Shown here: positions 16,508-26,900 of the stretch, one piece after another | Numbering within the stretch: the stretch's first letter is position 1 | How the letters are laid out: every line of letters starts with the position of its first letter | From: a virus | Taxonomy: Duplodnaviria; Caudoviricetes | Virus record (IMG/VR): IMGVR_UViG_3300025410_000009 | Direction: 5' to 3' (one strand) | Length of the DNA stretch: 64,000 bases | Notes under the pieces: generated by a model | Databases searched by the model: none | What the model was told of the DNA's origin: nothing | The model's input: the letters and a program-made list of their open reading frames with translations, nothing else | Position numbers and translations under genes: made by a program

Positions 16508-16820
16508 GATCTAGCTTTTCGGGATTTTTGTATTTGGGCGCCTTGTCGTCACCAATAGGCTTTTCCCCGGTCAAATAGGGTCTAGAGAACCAAAGTTTAA
16601 ACCACTCATCGCTGCCAGGTTTGATGTGGTGCTTTTTCTCTAGGTCTCGTTTTTCCATACCAGTCATGCTGATGTTGCTGCCCACCGGGCTCATGATGCC
16701 GGCTGCTGTATTACTTTGTGTGGGATCGGCTGAATTTTCCAATATGCTCTTGACTGGCATTAAGCCAGCTAGACGCAGCATATCGCGCAAGGGATCATCA
16801 GGTGATAGTTTGGCCCACAT
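16500..16820 (-). CDS. Hypothetical head-associated protein
   Basis: 106 aa in the late cluster; MLRLAGL motif. Confidence 0.6.
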   Translation of the reverse strand: MWAKLSPDDPLRDMLRLAGLMPVKSILENSADPTQSNTAAGIMSPVGSNISMTGMEKRDLEKKHHIKPGSDEWFKLWFSRPYLTGEKPIGDDKAPKYKNPEKLDLN

Positions 16821-16823
16821 GTG

Positions 16824-17192
16824 TTAAACGCCGTAACGATTTTTCTTTTTGGGTGCCACTGGGCTGGCCTTGTTGACACTGTCAATTTCTCGGCTGCGAC
16901 TGTCGCTCCAGACTCGTTTGCTACCATCACCAATTTGCTGTGCAGCATAATTAATGATTTCCATTTCGGCCTCAGTATAAGGAGCCAATAAAGGATCACC
17001 GGCAATATAGTTGTCGGCCTTGGTGGGATATTCGGGTGCACCAGCTAGAGCAATACCAAAACGATAGTTAAGATACAGCGACCCGCTGTTCATGTTTTGG
17101 TCAGGAAAAGTTGTAAGATTGCGAATCGCAGTCTTGTGATGATGATGCACTGGCTCGCGACCACCTTCAACAATGACGTCTTTAATCTTCAT
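16824..17192 (-). CDS. Putative internal head protein (paralog of 17192-17593)
   Basis: N-terminus MKIKDVIVE; YRFGIALAGA, AGDPL and KKKNRYGV shared with its neighbour. Confidence 0.6.
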   Translation of the reverse strand: MKIKDVIVEGGREPVHHHHKTAIRNLTTFPDQNMNSGSLYLNYRFGIALAGAPEYPTKADNYIAGDPLLAPYTEAEMEIINYAAQQIGDGSKRVWSDSRSREIDSVNKASPVAPKKKNRYGV

Positions 17193-17593
17193 TATACGCC
17201 GTAACGATTTTTCTTTTTTGCGTTCACTGGGCTGGTTTTGTGAACTTCATGATGCTCTTCGCTGCGTTTGCTACCCAAGGGAATAGCTTGCCCAGCGCCC
17301 ACCATGTCGGCAGCATTTTTCATCATGGCGCCTTCTTCGTCAGTGAAAGTCAAGAACAACGGATCTCCAGCCATGGGGCCTGCGGGATCAGTGTGTACGC
17401 TTTTGTCTTTGTCACTGTGTGCACCAGCCAAAGCAATACCATAGCGATACTGCAAGTAAGCAGATCCATTGCTCTTGTTATTACTGATGTCGGGCATACT
17501 AACTGCGCCCTTAAGGCTGGCAACTGCACCCTGGTCAAGATTTTTAGGGTTTGCAGGAGTATCAACTTCTACTAGTATGTCTCTAATTTTCAT
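17192..17593 (-). CDS. Putative internal head protein (paralog of 16824-17192)
   Basis: N-terminus MKIRDILVE; YRYGIALAGA, AGDPL, KKKNRYGV. Confidence 0.6.
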   Translation of the reverse strand: MKIRDILVEVDTPANPKNLDQGAVASLKGAVSMPDISNNKSNGSAYLQYRYGIALAGAHSDKDKSVHTDPAGPMAGDPLFLTFTDEEGAMMKNAADMVGAGQAIPLGSKRSEEHHEVHKTSPVNAKKKNRYGV

Positions 17594-17599
17594 AGCTTA

Positions 17600-18247
17600 T
17601 TAGGGTTTTGGTGGCAAACCAGCTAGACTACGCAACGAAGCTAAATCGCTCATGTTGTTGCTGGTATCGCCAACTTGAGCTGTGGTCAACGGGAAATTTT
17701 TTCCAGCTGCTTTGCGTGCCGCTGCAGGAATGTTTTCTGGACGCGGTTTTGTTGCAAATGGCAAGTTGGTGGTTGTAGATTGTATTGGGCTGATGGCTTC
17801 ATCAATACCCAGGTCCTGTTGGAAACGATTGCTGACCCACTCGTGCGGATCACTATCACGGGCTTTTTTGGTACCATATGGCATATCATCAAAGTAATAG
17901 TCATACAAGGCATCGTACAAGTGATTTGACATGTTGCCGGTGGTTTTGAAATCAGATACATCACGTTTGAATGTGTTGCAAATATGATCAAAAGTGCTGC
18001 CGGTATGATCGTTCATGACACTTTCTTTCACATGATCTGGCAAACCTTTGTGTTTGGTGCTGGCAAAATCTTTGGCAGCTTTTTTGCTCATGGTACCTGC
18101 AACTTTGGCAACAGCTGGGCTAGCAGCTTTTTTGCCAGTTTGTGCAGCATGAACCATGCCCATGAATTTCTGCTGAGCTTGGCTTACCGCACGTTCAGCA
18201 ATAGTGGCTTCAGCTTCAGCAATATAGTCAACAAAACTTTTTTTCAT
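17600..18247 (-). CDS. Putative internal head protein
   Basis: N-terminus MKKSFVDYIAE resembles the T4 capsid-targeting sequence; C-terminal LRSLAGL. Confidence 0.6.
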   Translation of the reverse strand: MKKSFVDYIAEAEATIAERAVSQAQQKFMGMVHAAQTGKKAASPAVAKVAGTMSKKAAKDFASTKHKGLPDHVKESVMNDHTGSTFDHICNTFKRDVSDFKTTGNMSNHLYDALYDYYFDDMPYGTKKARDSDPHEWVSNRFQQDLGIDEAISPIQSTTTNLPFATKPRPENIPAAARKAAGKNFPLTTAQVGDTSNNMSDLASLRSLAGLPPKP

Positions 18248-18249
18248 GA

Positions 18250-19530
18250 TTATTTTGCCTTTGTAATTTTGATTGTGGCCAATTCTTCAAACAGGCTGCG
18301 TTCCAATTTGGCTAGTTCGTCGGCTTCGCGCATTTCATTGTGCTTACGCATGGCCATGGGATTGTCGCCGTTACGATAGCCATGTTTGTGTTGTGCTTTT
18401 TCACTGTTCAAATCATTACCTTGATGCATTTGTGTATCAACAGGTTGTGTTTCTGGTTCAGGCTCATTGGCATAAGCTTCTTCAACTTCGTGCTCTTGCT
18501 CGCCTGCGCCACCAAAATCAAAACCGCCATCTTGTTGTGCAAGTGGAACAGAAATTACTTTGATATGATCAGCCATGGTGGGCTCAGCCGCCGCTTCGGG
18601 TTCGGCTTGATGTGCACCATCATGACCAATTCCGGCCATTTTCAACATCTGCATCAACTCGTCAGCTGACTCACCGTCAGCATTGATGTTGATGGTCTTT
18701 TTACCGGTGCGTGTGTCAATGGTGGTGTTGATGCTCATGCCAGACTCTGCATCTTCAACAAATTCGTTAAGTTGACTTTCTTTAAAAGTAGACTTCTTTT
18801 CCTTGTTGGCTTCTTTGTCGCCTTTTTGGCTTTGCCATCCTTGTACTGTGGTAGCTTTGACTTTGGCACCGCTGGGTAGTTCTACTTCGCGTTCAGATTT
18901 TTTGGCAGGAGCTTGTTTTTCTTCAGCTTCAGCAACTTCTTCTTTGTTGCTGTGATCGCAAGAGCATTTGCTTTCCCACATGCCGCATTCGTTGCATTTC
19001 TCACCGCACTCACCAGTGTGTACTTCACCGCAGGTGCTGCATTTTTCTTCAGCTTCAAAGATGCCAGTCCAGCGTTTCATTAGGTCAGCACTGGTGGCTT
19101 CTTTGACATGATATTCTTTGCCGCCAACTTTGAAAGTATCTTTGTGTTGTGCTTTGGCTTTGGCCAATTCACCAGAGAATTCATTGCCTTCTTCCATATC
19201 ATCTTCTTTGACTTTTTCTTTGGCAGCACTCTTCATGGGTTCTTTTTTATCGCCGTCTTTGTCAAGATCTAGGAAGTCGGGTTTGGCGCCTTCTTCAATT
19301 TCATCGGGCACAGCATATTTGGCATATCTGCTTTGATTGCCATATGATTTGCGACCTGGGTCGCTGGAGTCGGCTTCTTTACCGGTGTACTTGTCGCCTT
19401 TGACAGCGGTACCGGTGTGTTCTTTACCAGCCTGGTCGGTCCATGGCTTGTCGGTTTTAGTAGCAGCTTCAGACAATGTGGTTGGTGCACCGATGGCGTC
19501 TAGCTTGCTTAATAATTGGGAGAAGTTCAT
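18250..19530 (-). CDS. Acidic, low-complexity prohead core/scaffold-like protein
   Basis: Glu/Lys-rich with many (L/I/V)xE sites, KPDFLDLDKDGDKKEPM and a Cys cluster (CSTC, CNEC). Start moved to MNFSQLL (19530). Confidence 0.55.
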   Translation of the reverse strand: MNFSQLLSKLDAIGAPTTLSEAATKTDKPWTDQAGKEHTGTAVKGDKYTGKEADSSDPGRKSYGNQSRYAKYAVPDEIEEGAKPDFLDLDKDGDKKEPMKSAAKEKVKEDDMEEGNEFSGELAKAKAQHKDTFKVGGKEYHVKEATSADLMKRWTGIFEAEEKCSTCGEVHTGECGEKCNECGMWESKCSCDHSNKEEVAEAEEKQAPAKKSEREVELPSGAKVKATTVQGWQSQKGDKEANKEKKSTFKESQLNEFVEDAESGMSINTTIDTRTGKKTININADGESADELMQMLKMAGIGHDGAHQAEPEAAAEPTMADHIKVISVPLAQQDGGFDFGGAGEQEHEVEEAYANEPEPETQPVDTQMHQGNDLNSEKAQHKHGYRNGDNPMAMRKHNEMREADELAKLERSLFEELATIKITKAK

Positions 19531-19531
19531 T

Positions 19532-20119
19532 TTATTTTCCTTTAACTGGGCTTGGTATTTTATTTTGGCGACTGCCAACTGGACTGACATGTTCTGTTGG
19601 GATGTCATTTAGCGTCTTGCCATCAGACTTTTCCTTGCCAGCTATTTCATATTTACGTGATTCTAACTCTTTGATCAGGCTACCAATTCTTTGTTGTCCC
19701 ACAACTTCTTGGCCACCAGGAGCAGCTTTGAGTTCGGGCTGTTCTAGTAGAGCACCTTCATGGTCTTTGCCGTACGCTTCAGCAGCTTCGGTTTGATCGT
19801 ATTCGTTTTTGGTACGCACCATGAAACTACCAGGAGGAACAAAAGCTCGTTCACTGAGTACTTGTGCCAATTGAGCTGTAGTAACTGGATAGTTTACAGC
19901 AAAATCAATCAAATGGCATTCGCAAGCACCCAAATTAGGGAACTCACGATGTTCTTGGATTGGCAATCTCTTTGGTTTGCTAATGGTGGCCAATGAATAG
20001 GTTTCCAGCGCATGTTTGATTCTATCTAGATTTTCGCTAGTAGGTTCATGATTCGCCAGCTTAATACAAAACTCAAAAGTTTTATGAGTTTCATACAAGT
20101 ATTGTGTGAATGCTTTCAT
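19532..20119 (-). CDS. Putative internal head protein
   Basis: N-terminus MKAFTQYLYE; TATAAATA at 20139-20146. Confidence 0.55.
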   Translation of the reverse strand: MKAFTQYLYETHKTFEFCIKLANHEPTSENLDRIKHALETYSLATISKPKRLPIQEHREFPNLGACECHLIDFAVNYPVTTAQLAQVLSERAFVPPGSFMVRTKNEYDQTEAAEAYGKDHEGALLEQPELKAAPGGQEVVGQQRIGSLIKELESRKYEIAGKEKSDGKTLNDIPTEHVSPVGSRQNKIPSPVKGK

Positions 20120-20138
20120 AGTTAAATCCTGTTATCTA

Positions 20139-20146
20139 TATTTATA
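20139..20146 (-). promoter_or_regulatory. T4 late promoter TATAAATA
   Basis: Exact consensus upstream of the head-protein operon. Confidence 0.7.
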
Positions 20147-20151
20147 TTATT

Positions 20152-20646
20152 TTAAGACTTTGGTGCCGTATTGCTCAACACTTGTTTTAGTAATTCGTTG
20201 CGATCTAACACTACAGCATGCCCTTCTAGTGGTGGAGCACCTGCATCGGCTTTGCCAGCCTGTTGATCTAGTCGAGCTTTTTTTAATTGCAAATCAATCA
20301 TGCGTAGTTTTTTATCTATCTTGGCCTGTTTGGCTGTGATGGCATGTCCCAATAACACACCGGCTGTTTGCAATATAGTGCCCGAAAAACGTGCTTCTAC
20401 ATTCATGCCCAAGTCCATAAGGTCTTCAAATTTGTCTTTGGCCAGCTTGGCCAACTCGTCCATTTCGGCATCGGCTTGATCAAGCTCACGCACTTGCGGT
20501 AGCGCCAAGTCAATTCGATCAATAATTGAATCAGCTTCACTCAACATGTGTTGCTGTTCTTCAATGTCATTGACATACGATTCTGCAGCAGGCTCAGTAG
20601 AGTCCAGTAGCGGAAGATCAAATAAGGCTTCGAGTTTTTTAGTCAT
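20152..20646 (-). CDS. Helical protein, candidate small terminase subunit
   Basis: 164 aa, coiled-coil pattern, weak positional similarity to T4 gp16 (see findings). Confidence 0.4.
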   Translation of the reverse strand: MTKKLEALFDLPLLDSTEPAAESYVNDIEEQQHMLSEADSIIDRIDLALPQVRELDQADAEMDELAKLAKDKFEDLMDLGMNVEARFSGTILQTAGVLLGHAITAKQAKIDKKLRMIDLQLKKARLDQQAGKADAGAPPLEGHAVVLDRNELLKQVLSNTAPKS

Positions 20647-20654
20647 ATAGATAT

Positions 20655-21095
20655 TTAGCGAGTGGATTTTATTCCCGAGAAGATGTCTTGCTCGGTTACC
20701 ACACGAAATTTAAGTCCCTGCTGTGCACACCAGGCTCGTGCCGCAGCCCATTTGGCCATGTTCAATATGGCAGCAGCCTGTGCCCTAGGACTTCGACCAG
20801 CTTCGTGCAAACTGGTTTCTTTAAGCGGTTTGACCTCAACTACTTCGGCATGTTGTTGTGAATTTTTGTCCACATACAGGATCATGAAGTCGGGTACGTA
20901 TATGGTATTCTTGCCAGTGAGTGGATTGCGGTAGGGAATCATGAACGGCTCACTGGCCCACTGTACCACAGCAGGATTGTTGTCGCAAAAACTCATGAAT
21001 GTAAATTCCCAACCTGATCTATAAGTTGGAGTTTTTTTGCCTATGTATTTTTCAGGGTTTTTGACTTGAAACTTGCCCTGTGCATATTTTGCCAT
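20655..21095 (-). CDS. gp4: Head completion protein (T4 gp4-like, TnsA-like nuclease fold)
   Basis: YRSGWE..FM.FCD.N..V..WASE...IPY...YVPDF...EVKP. Confidence 0.88.
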   Translation of the reverse strand: MAKYAQGKFQVKNPEKYIGKKTPTYRSGWEFTFMSFCDNNPAVVQWASEPFMIPYRNPLTGKNTIYVPDFMILYVDKNSQQHAEVVEVKPLKETSLHEAGRSPRAQAAAILNMAKWAAARAWCAQQGLKFRVVTEQDIFSGIKSTR

Positions 21096-21096
21096 G

Positions 21097-21468
21097 TCAC
21101 GCCTTGATTAGCCTAGCCACATACTTGCTGGTCTTGGGGGCATTGTTTATGCCTAGGTAGCTGGTACCAATTCTGTTTAGATTTAAAAACATGGTAAGGT
21201 AAGCATTCAATTGATTGGCCGGCATGGATTTAAATTGTTTGATGGTGTCTATGGGGTTAATTTTTTGCGTGGCACTGGTCAATATAACTGCGCTGGCCAG
21301 TGCTCGGGCAGATTCTGGCGTATCAGTTATTTCTTCAAAGTAGGCCAGAATAGCATCATCGATGTTTTGACTTACAGTTGTTTGCGGTTGATAGAAATTA
21401 TTGAAATACGTGTTGGTATTTGCAAGACTGTCAAGATTGATTTGTGAATTAGTGTTATTTGAGTTCAT
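21097..21468 (-). CDS. Hypothetical structural protein
   Basis: 123-aa ORF coupled within the late operon. Confidence 0.6.
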   Translation of the reverse strand: MNSNNTNSQINLDSLANTNTYFNNFYQPQTTVSQNIDDAILAYFEEITDTPESARALASAVILTSATQKINPIDTIKQFKSMPANQLNAYLTMFLNLNRIGTSYLGINNAPKTSKYVARLIKA

Positions 21469-23138
21469 CTTAGTGCTAGGCTAGCTGATATATAATTTTG
21501 ATGCTGTTGATTTAGATATTCCAATCTAGTTCGGTTGGCTGCTGCTTGTTCTTGGGATCTAATCAATATTTGTGCTTGTTGGCTGGCACTGGCTTGCAGT
21601 CGTTTGATATACGGACTGTCCGGTGATTCACCGCGGCCCAATGCAGCCGAAATTTGACTATTGTAATAGTTCAAGGCATTGGTAGACATCTGCTGTTGGT
21701 TTTGTGCCTGATACAAATCAATTTGAGTAGTACGAATATTAGACACCACAACCGAAGCATTGTAGTTGTTGAACTGTATTTGTGCCACCGGATTGATTGA
21801 CCCTTGATTTGAATTCAAGCCTATGTTGAGACTGACATTGTCTAATCTAATAGATGCGGCGGCAGTCAAGGGATACTGATATTGTTGTTGCGGAACCACA
21901 CCTGACACAGTGGGGAATCGATTGTAAGGCGAATATGGTGCATATGGTCTACCACCCAGTGCATATATTGTGGCTGCAGTGATTTCTCTACTAATTGGTA
22001 CTCGTTTGTCTCTTAGCAGCACCGCGGCACCAATGGCCACAATTGATGATAACATGCTCCGGTTACCGCCGTTGCCAAGACCGTTATAGGGAGTCGATAC
22101 CACTGTGTTTGGTATACCAGCTGCTGGTCCGTAACCAATACCAGGGGCGTATCCATAAGCTGCAGTAGTGGCTTGTGCTATACTGGTGGCATTCAAGTTA
22201 GGCACATAGATGGGTGCAGTGGAATTATTTGCCTGCAGTATGGCTGCACTGATAGCTGTCATGGGTGGCACCGGGTAAGCAACCGGGCTGTTAGACGCAT
22301 TAATTGATGTTAGGTTTTGACTTACACCTGTAGTAACCGGCGCATCGATATCGGCCAAGTTATGTTCCACATTGTCGGGTGTGGCAGGCAAATCAGTGCC
22401 TCCTGCAGACAACAACGGACTGGGCGTATTGTCGTAGTGTAGTGTTGCAAACCCGTTGACCACCTCAGAACTTATAGTACCGTAATAATACAGCACAGTT
22501 TCAAATTCAACAGTCATTTGATGTTGCATCACATTGTTGGTATCATTGGATTGATGTTCGCCGTGTGCAAAAGTCTTGATCACAGGATTGATCAACACAT
22601 ACTCACTGAATTGTTTTTGATGTAGACTATAGATACGAATACTGTTTAAGTATCTGGCACCGCTGGTGTCACGCGGCGTGTAACCCCACTCAGTGGCTTG
22701 TCGTGTTGTACTGTATTTGTGCGGGGCAGCGTATACACTTTCCTGATAGTCGCTGTCTCTATAGTGATAGTTGAAATAATCGTACCAAAAATTTCGTACT
22801 ACATCAGCACTGTCGTCGTGAAATGCTATTTGTACAGGATCGTATTTGATCTTTGATTGTACATAATTCACTCGATTGTATGCGTTGTAATTCTTAACAT
22901 CAATGTTGAACTTGGGCAGACTGACTGATTTGGCCAACATACCAATTTCGGTCTTGGTAATAGAACTGTCTTGCCCAAAGCTGGCCACCTGATCGTTTAT
23001 GTCAATGTACACATGGAACAGGAATCCATATTTGGGGGATAGTCTAAAATTATCGCCCACAAATAATTTGCTGGCGTGCTGATAATCTCTTAAAACCGGC
23101 TCGCTAGCTGACTGTGGTGGCGGAAAATTGGTGGCCAT
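21465..23138 (-). CDS. Tail-tube-fold baseplate/tube initiator protein (gp54/gp48-like) with a long low-complexity C-terminal extension
   Basis: N-terminal domain GMLAKSVSLPKF...KIKYDPVQIAFHDD resembles tube-family proteins; sits next to the tube gene. Confidence 0.6.
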   Translation of the reverse strand: MATNFPPPQSASEPVLRDYQHASKLFVGDNFRLSPKYGFLFHVYIDINDQVASFGQDSSITKTEIGMLAKSVSLPKFNIDVKNYNAYNRVNYVQSKIKYDPVQIAFHDDSADVVRNFWYDYFNYHYRDSDYQESVYAAPHKYSTTRQATEWGYTPRDTSGARYLNSIRIYSLHQKQFSEYVLINPVIKTFAHGEHQSNDTNNVMQHQMTVEFETVLYYYGTISSEVVNGFATLHYDNTPSPLLSAGGTDLPATPDNVEHNLADIDAPVTTGVSQNLTSINASNSPVAYPVPPMTAISAAILQANNSTAPIYVPNLNATSIAQATTAAYGYAPGIGYGPAAGIPNTVVSTPYNGLGNGGNRSMLSSIVAIGAAVLLRDKRVPISREITAATIYALGGRPYAPYSPYNRFPTVSGVVPQQQYQYPLTAAASIRLDNVSLNIGLNSNQGSINPVAQIQFNNYNASVVVSNIRTTQIDLYQAQNQQQMSTNALNYYNSQISAALGRGESPDSPYIKRLQASASQQAQILIRSQEQAAANRTRLEYLNQQHQNYISASLALR

Positions 23139-23171
23139 AAAGTGGATAGATCCTTATGTAATATTTATGTC

Positions 23172-23200
23172 AATAAAAAACCCGGCCTAAGCCGGGTGTT
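23172..23200 (-). terminator. Intrinsic terminator after the tail tube gene
   Basis: CCCGGC-TTAG-GCCGGG hairpin followed by TTTTTT on the minus strand. Confidence 0.8.
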
Positions 23201-23219
23201 ATAAGAATTGATACCAGAA

Positions 23220-23840
23220 TTACATTGTTATATTCTGTCCATAGGTACGTCCAACAAACGTACCGACTCCAGTACCAAGTGGTGTTTGAACTGCATTATC
23301 AAACAGCATGGTCATGGTGATTTGAACTGGCTCGTTGGTGCTGTAGTTCATTTCGCCATAGGCTGCGCTCTTGATGTAGCAACCATACATTTCCCATGTT
23401 TCTAATACCAATGGTGTGTTAACTCCGTTGCCACCGTCTAGCATTTCTAGACGTGTAACAAACTTATAGTCAATACCGCTACTGGCAGTGCTTTGTTGCA
23501 TGAAGTCAAATTGCTTCTGGATTTGTTCGCCAATTAGTTTGGTAACGTTTCCAGGTGCATCGTCACGCAATACAACTTGACATTCGCTCCAGCTAGGTTT
23601 ACCAGCCAAATTGACTTTGGAGTTGTAAACGTGGATAGCAATATCTTCAAAAGTAACTGTGGGTCTTGCGAACGAAACAATTTGTTTGGTTAATTCTACA
23701 CGTTGACCTAAACTTACTCCGAACCCTTCGAAACTTGCTCTGAATCTGAAGGGCAATTTTGGCATTAACAGACCCTGGCTGGTTGCACTTTGGCCACCTG
23801 CTAGGGGTACTGTGTAGTTAATTAATGATGCAACTGACAT
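23220..23840 (-). CDS. gp19: Tail tube protein (gp19-like)
   Basis: 206 aa directly after the sheath gene; FARPTVTFE..., LAGKPSW, LRDD, ETWEMYGC. Confidence 0.85.
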   Translation of the reverse strand: MSVASLINYTVPLAGGQSATSQGLLMPKLPFRFRASFEGFGVSLGQRVELTKQIVSFARPTVTFEDIAIHVYNSKVNLAGKPSWSECQVVLRDDAPGNVTKLIGEQIQKQFDFMQQSTASSGIDYKFVTRLEMLDGGNGVNTPLVLETWEMYGCYIKSAAYGEMNYSTNEPVQITMTMLFDNAVQTPLGTGVGTFVGRTYGQNITM

Positions 23841-23882
23841 ATAATATTCTCCGGTTATACTTATTTATCTGTATTCCTATGC

Positions 23883-23911
23883 ATAACTGCCACCACCAGG
23901 ATGGCAGTTAT
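23883..23911. other. 10-bp perfect inverted repeat between the sheath and tube genes (RNA hairpin, processing or stability site)
   Basis: ATAACTGCCA-N9-TGGCAGTTAT with no U-tract. Confidence 0.55.
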
Positions 23912-23920
23912 ATATGCACT

Positions 23921-26900
23921 TTATGCTTTACCAGCTGCGATTGAGCCAGTGTTTCTCAATCTAACAGGAATGTAAATAAACTCAACTGATTTCACAGGTT
24001 CAATTGCAACGTCAACATACAATTCATTTCGATCAATACGATCTGGTGTATTGTTGGTGTCATCACAAACTACCAAATAGTCGTAAATACCACGTTTGGC
24101 TATCAAGTCGTTACATACACTTTCAATTGCTTGTTTGATTTGATCACGTGTGATCTTGTCATTGGGTTCAAACAAGAAACCGTTAGCTGTTGCTTGGAAT
24201 ATCACACGCAAGTAGTTGGTCAAACGTGCCACATTCACACGGTCCATGCTGGATGTCACTGGATTACGTGTTTTCTGTCCATATACCACTAGACCTGTAG
24301 TGGTCAACAATGTGATCGGATTGATGTTTAGTGGATACAATGCATCACGCAATTGTTGGCTAATGCCAGTAGTGATAAACAAACCACTGTTGGCATCCAC
24401 ATAACCAATCGAAGTTGCATTGTCAACTAGGCCACGACGTGTACCAGCTGGTGCAAACCATGGATAGCTCACGCTGTCGCTACGTAGATATGTGCGTAGT
24501 GCAATGTGGCTTGGTGGAACCACAACTTCGTGTCCGCTCAAATCATTGGTCATTGCGCTGGGATAGTACAATGCCACATAAGGGTCATGGTTAATAGCTT
24601 CGGTTGCATTGTAGTTGGTGATAGCAGTAACATTGGCTGGCAATGTCATTGGGGTGTCACCAATAATAAATCCAGTGTCGTTACGATCGTTGTTCAATTG
24701 AATCATGTTTGCTACTAGTTCAGGATAACCGGGGCAAACAATCAAACTGAAGTTGTAACGATCTTCACGGATATCCAAGCTGCTGTCAATAGCTGCTTTA
24801 AGAGCTTGTACAACCAATGCACGTTGAGCATGATGTCCAGCATATGGTGTACCATCTTCTCTCAAGCCGCTTTCGGTAACCCATGTTGCAGAAACTGCTG
24901 GCAAGCTCATGTTAGGATATGCTCTAGCATTGAAGTAGTTGCCAACAAAACGTTTGATGTTATAACCACTGCGACGTGTGTTAAACAACAATGTGCCACG
25001 TGGATACAATTCATAGTTGGGAGCGTCTAAGTCAATATAGTCACTGTTTTGTAATGCAGCAATGCTTGGGTAAGCGCCACTGATGGGGTCAGTAGTACCA
25101 GTATTGTCCCAACGAGCATCAGCAAACACAATACCATTTTGGCTGATGGTGTCAGTGTTGTCAATTTTAACCCAGCTGCCCAATGAGCTGTAACGATATA
25201 GACTTGGCCAATTTTCCAAATCACCAGTGTCTAACCACAAATCACCAGCCACTAGTGAAGCACCAGTGCTTTGTGTGATTGGTTGACTAGCTGTAACAAT
25301 AGGACCATTGGGGTCAGTGTTTTGCAAATTGTATCCGCGGCTGTCGCGTGGTACATTTTTGTAGCCTTTCCAGCCGTCAGTGTCGCAAACCATGATGTCA
25401 ATTTCAGTTGGATCACTATAATACCATAGTGTACCATCAGCAGGTGCAACATAAGGTGCAGTAGCACTGAATGTATAGCTGGCCACTGACCAGTGAGCCA
25501 AGTTGATCGCACCAGGAACAATGTTGGGAACAACACCGACTGTGCCGCTTACAAAACCTGCTGTGGTAACTGGGTTTCTACCAGAACCGCCCATAAGGTT
25601 TTCAAGAGTAATAATACCACCAGCTAGGTGTGTAATTGTGATAATACCGGCTGCTGTTGTTGATGCGGTCACGTTAGGAATGTTGGCTGCAAGAACACCA
25701 GAAACAAAAGCTGCAGCAGTTGTACCATTAATGGTGACAGTGTATGTGTTTGGCGAGCTGCTACCTGGCACAGAAACAATCATGTTGAATTGATCTTGTG
25801 GGGTAAATGTACCAGCTGCTTGGCTGCCTTTTACTGCAGTAACGCCACCAGTTGTAGATGAATAAAATTTGAAACTCAAATTACCATCATTGTTGGTGTT
25901 GTATTTAACAAAAATAGTGCCGGCTTGAATGTTCAAACCACCACCAGCTGAATCGAGGCCGTTTAATGCAGCGAAACCATCAGCATACAAAGGTGCTGCT
26001 AGTGTGTTCCATGTGCCCAATGCTGCGTTGTATTGGTTAAACACAAAGTTAGCACCGTTGCCAGAAGCAGTGGTTTTAACCCAAATACTGCCACTTGGTC
26101 TTGGAATAGCATCCAATTTGTGCCACGCAGGCACTTGTGCATATGTGCCATAATGTATAACAGGCGAATAGTACATGCCAGGAGACAAGTTCAATGCTGT
26201 TGTCAATGGAGTGTTGGCTCCGTCTACTAATTGTATAGCACCATCAGCATCGGTACCGTTGCTTTCAGCAGCGGCAGTTGCGTACAAGATCAATGCACCA
26301 GTGATGTCTAGGTCAGCATATACACCAGGAATACTTAGTGCATTAATGATATCACGGATAGCTGAGATTTCGTTAGTGCCGCTGGGAATTGATACAGTTG
26401 TTCCGTTAATGGCAAAATCTGCAGCAGAAACAATGTTGACACTGGTATTGCCGCTGGTCGCAGCAGGTACGCTGCTTTGCCAATCAGCACTGCCAACTTG
26501 AACCCAAACGTTCATGCTGTTTTTGTAGAACACATAGTTGTTGGTGTCGTTGACAACCACCGCATAGCTGCCGATAGTACCAAAACTTTCTTTAGGGAAG
26601 TGAATTCCATTTTCTACCACGGTATCAGCTGTGCTAGTGATAACAGTGGGTTCCATGTCAACAAAAGTGTCGGCATTTTGATCATATTCAAACAAGCCCC
26701 AGTGTGTCTTGGCTGTGTCGAGCCAGTTGGTACCATCAAATGGTGCACCAATTGGACGTACTGTGGTACCAACCAATTGATCCAAATCAATGTCGGCACG
26801 CATGACCCATGCTAGGTTACCTAGACCCAAGGCGCTGTAAGCTGCCAATAGGCCATATTCATTTAGTTCATTGCCATTAAGTGGTGTACCAGCTGAACTC

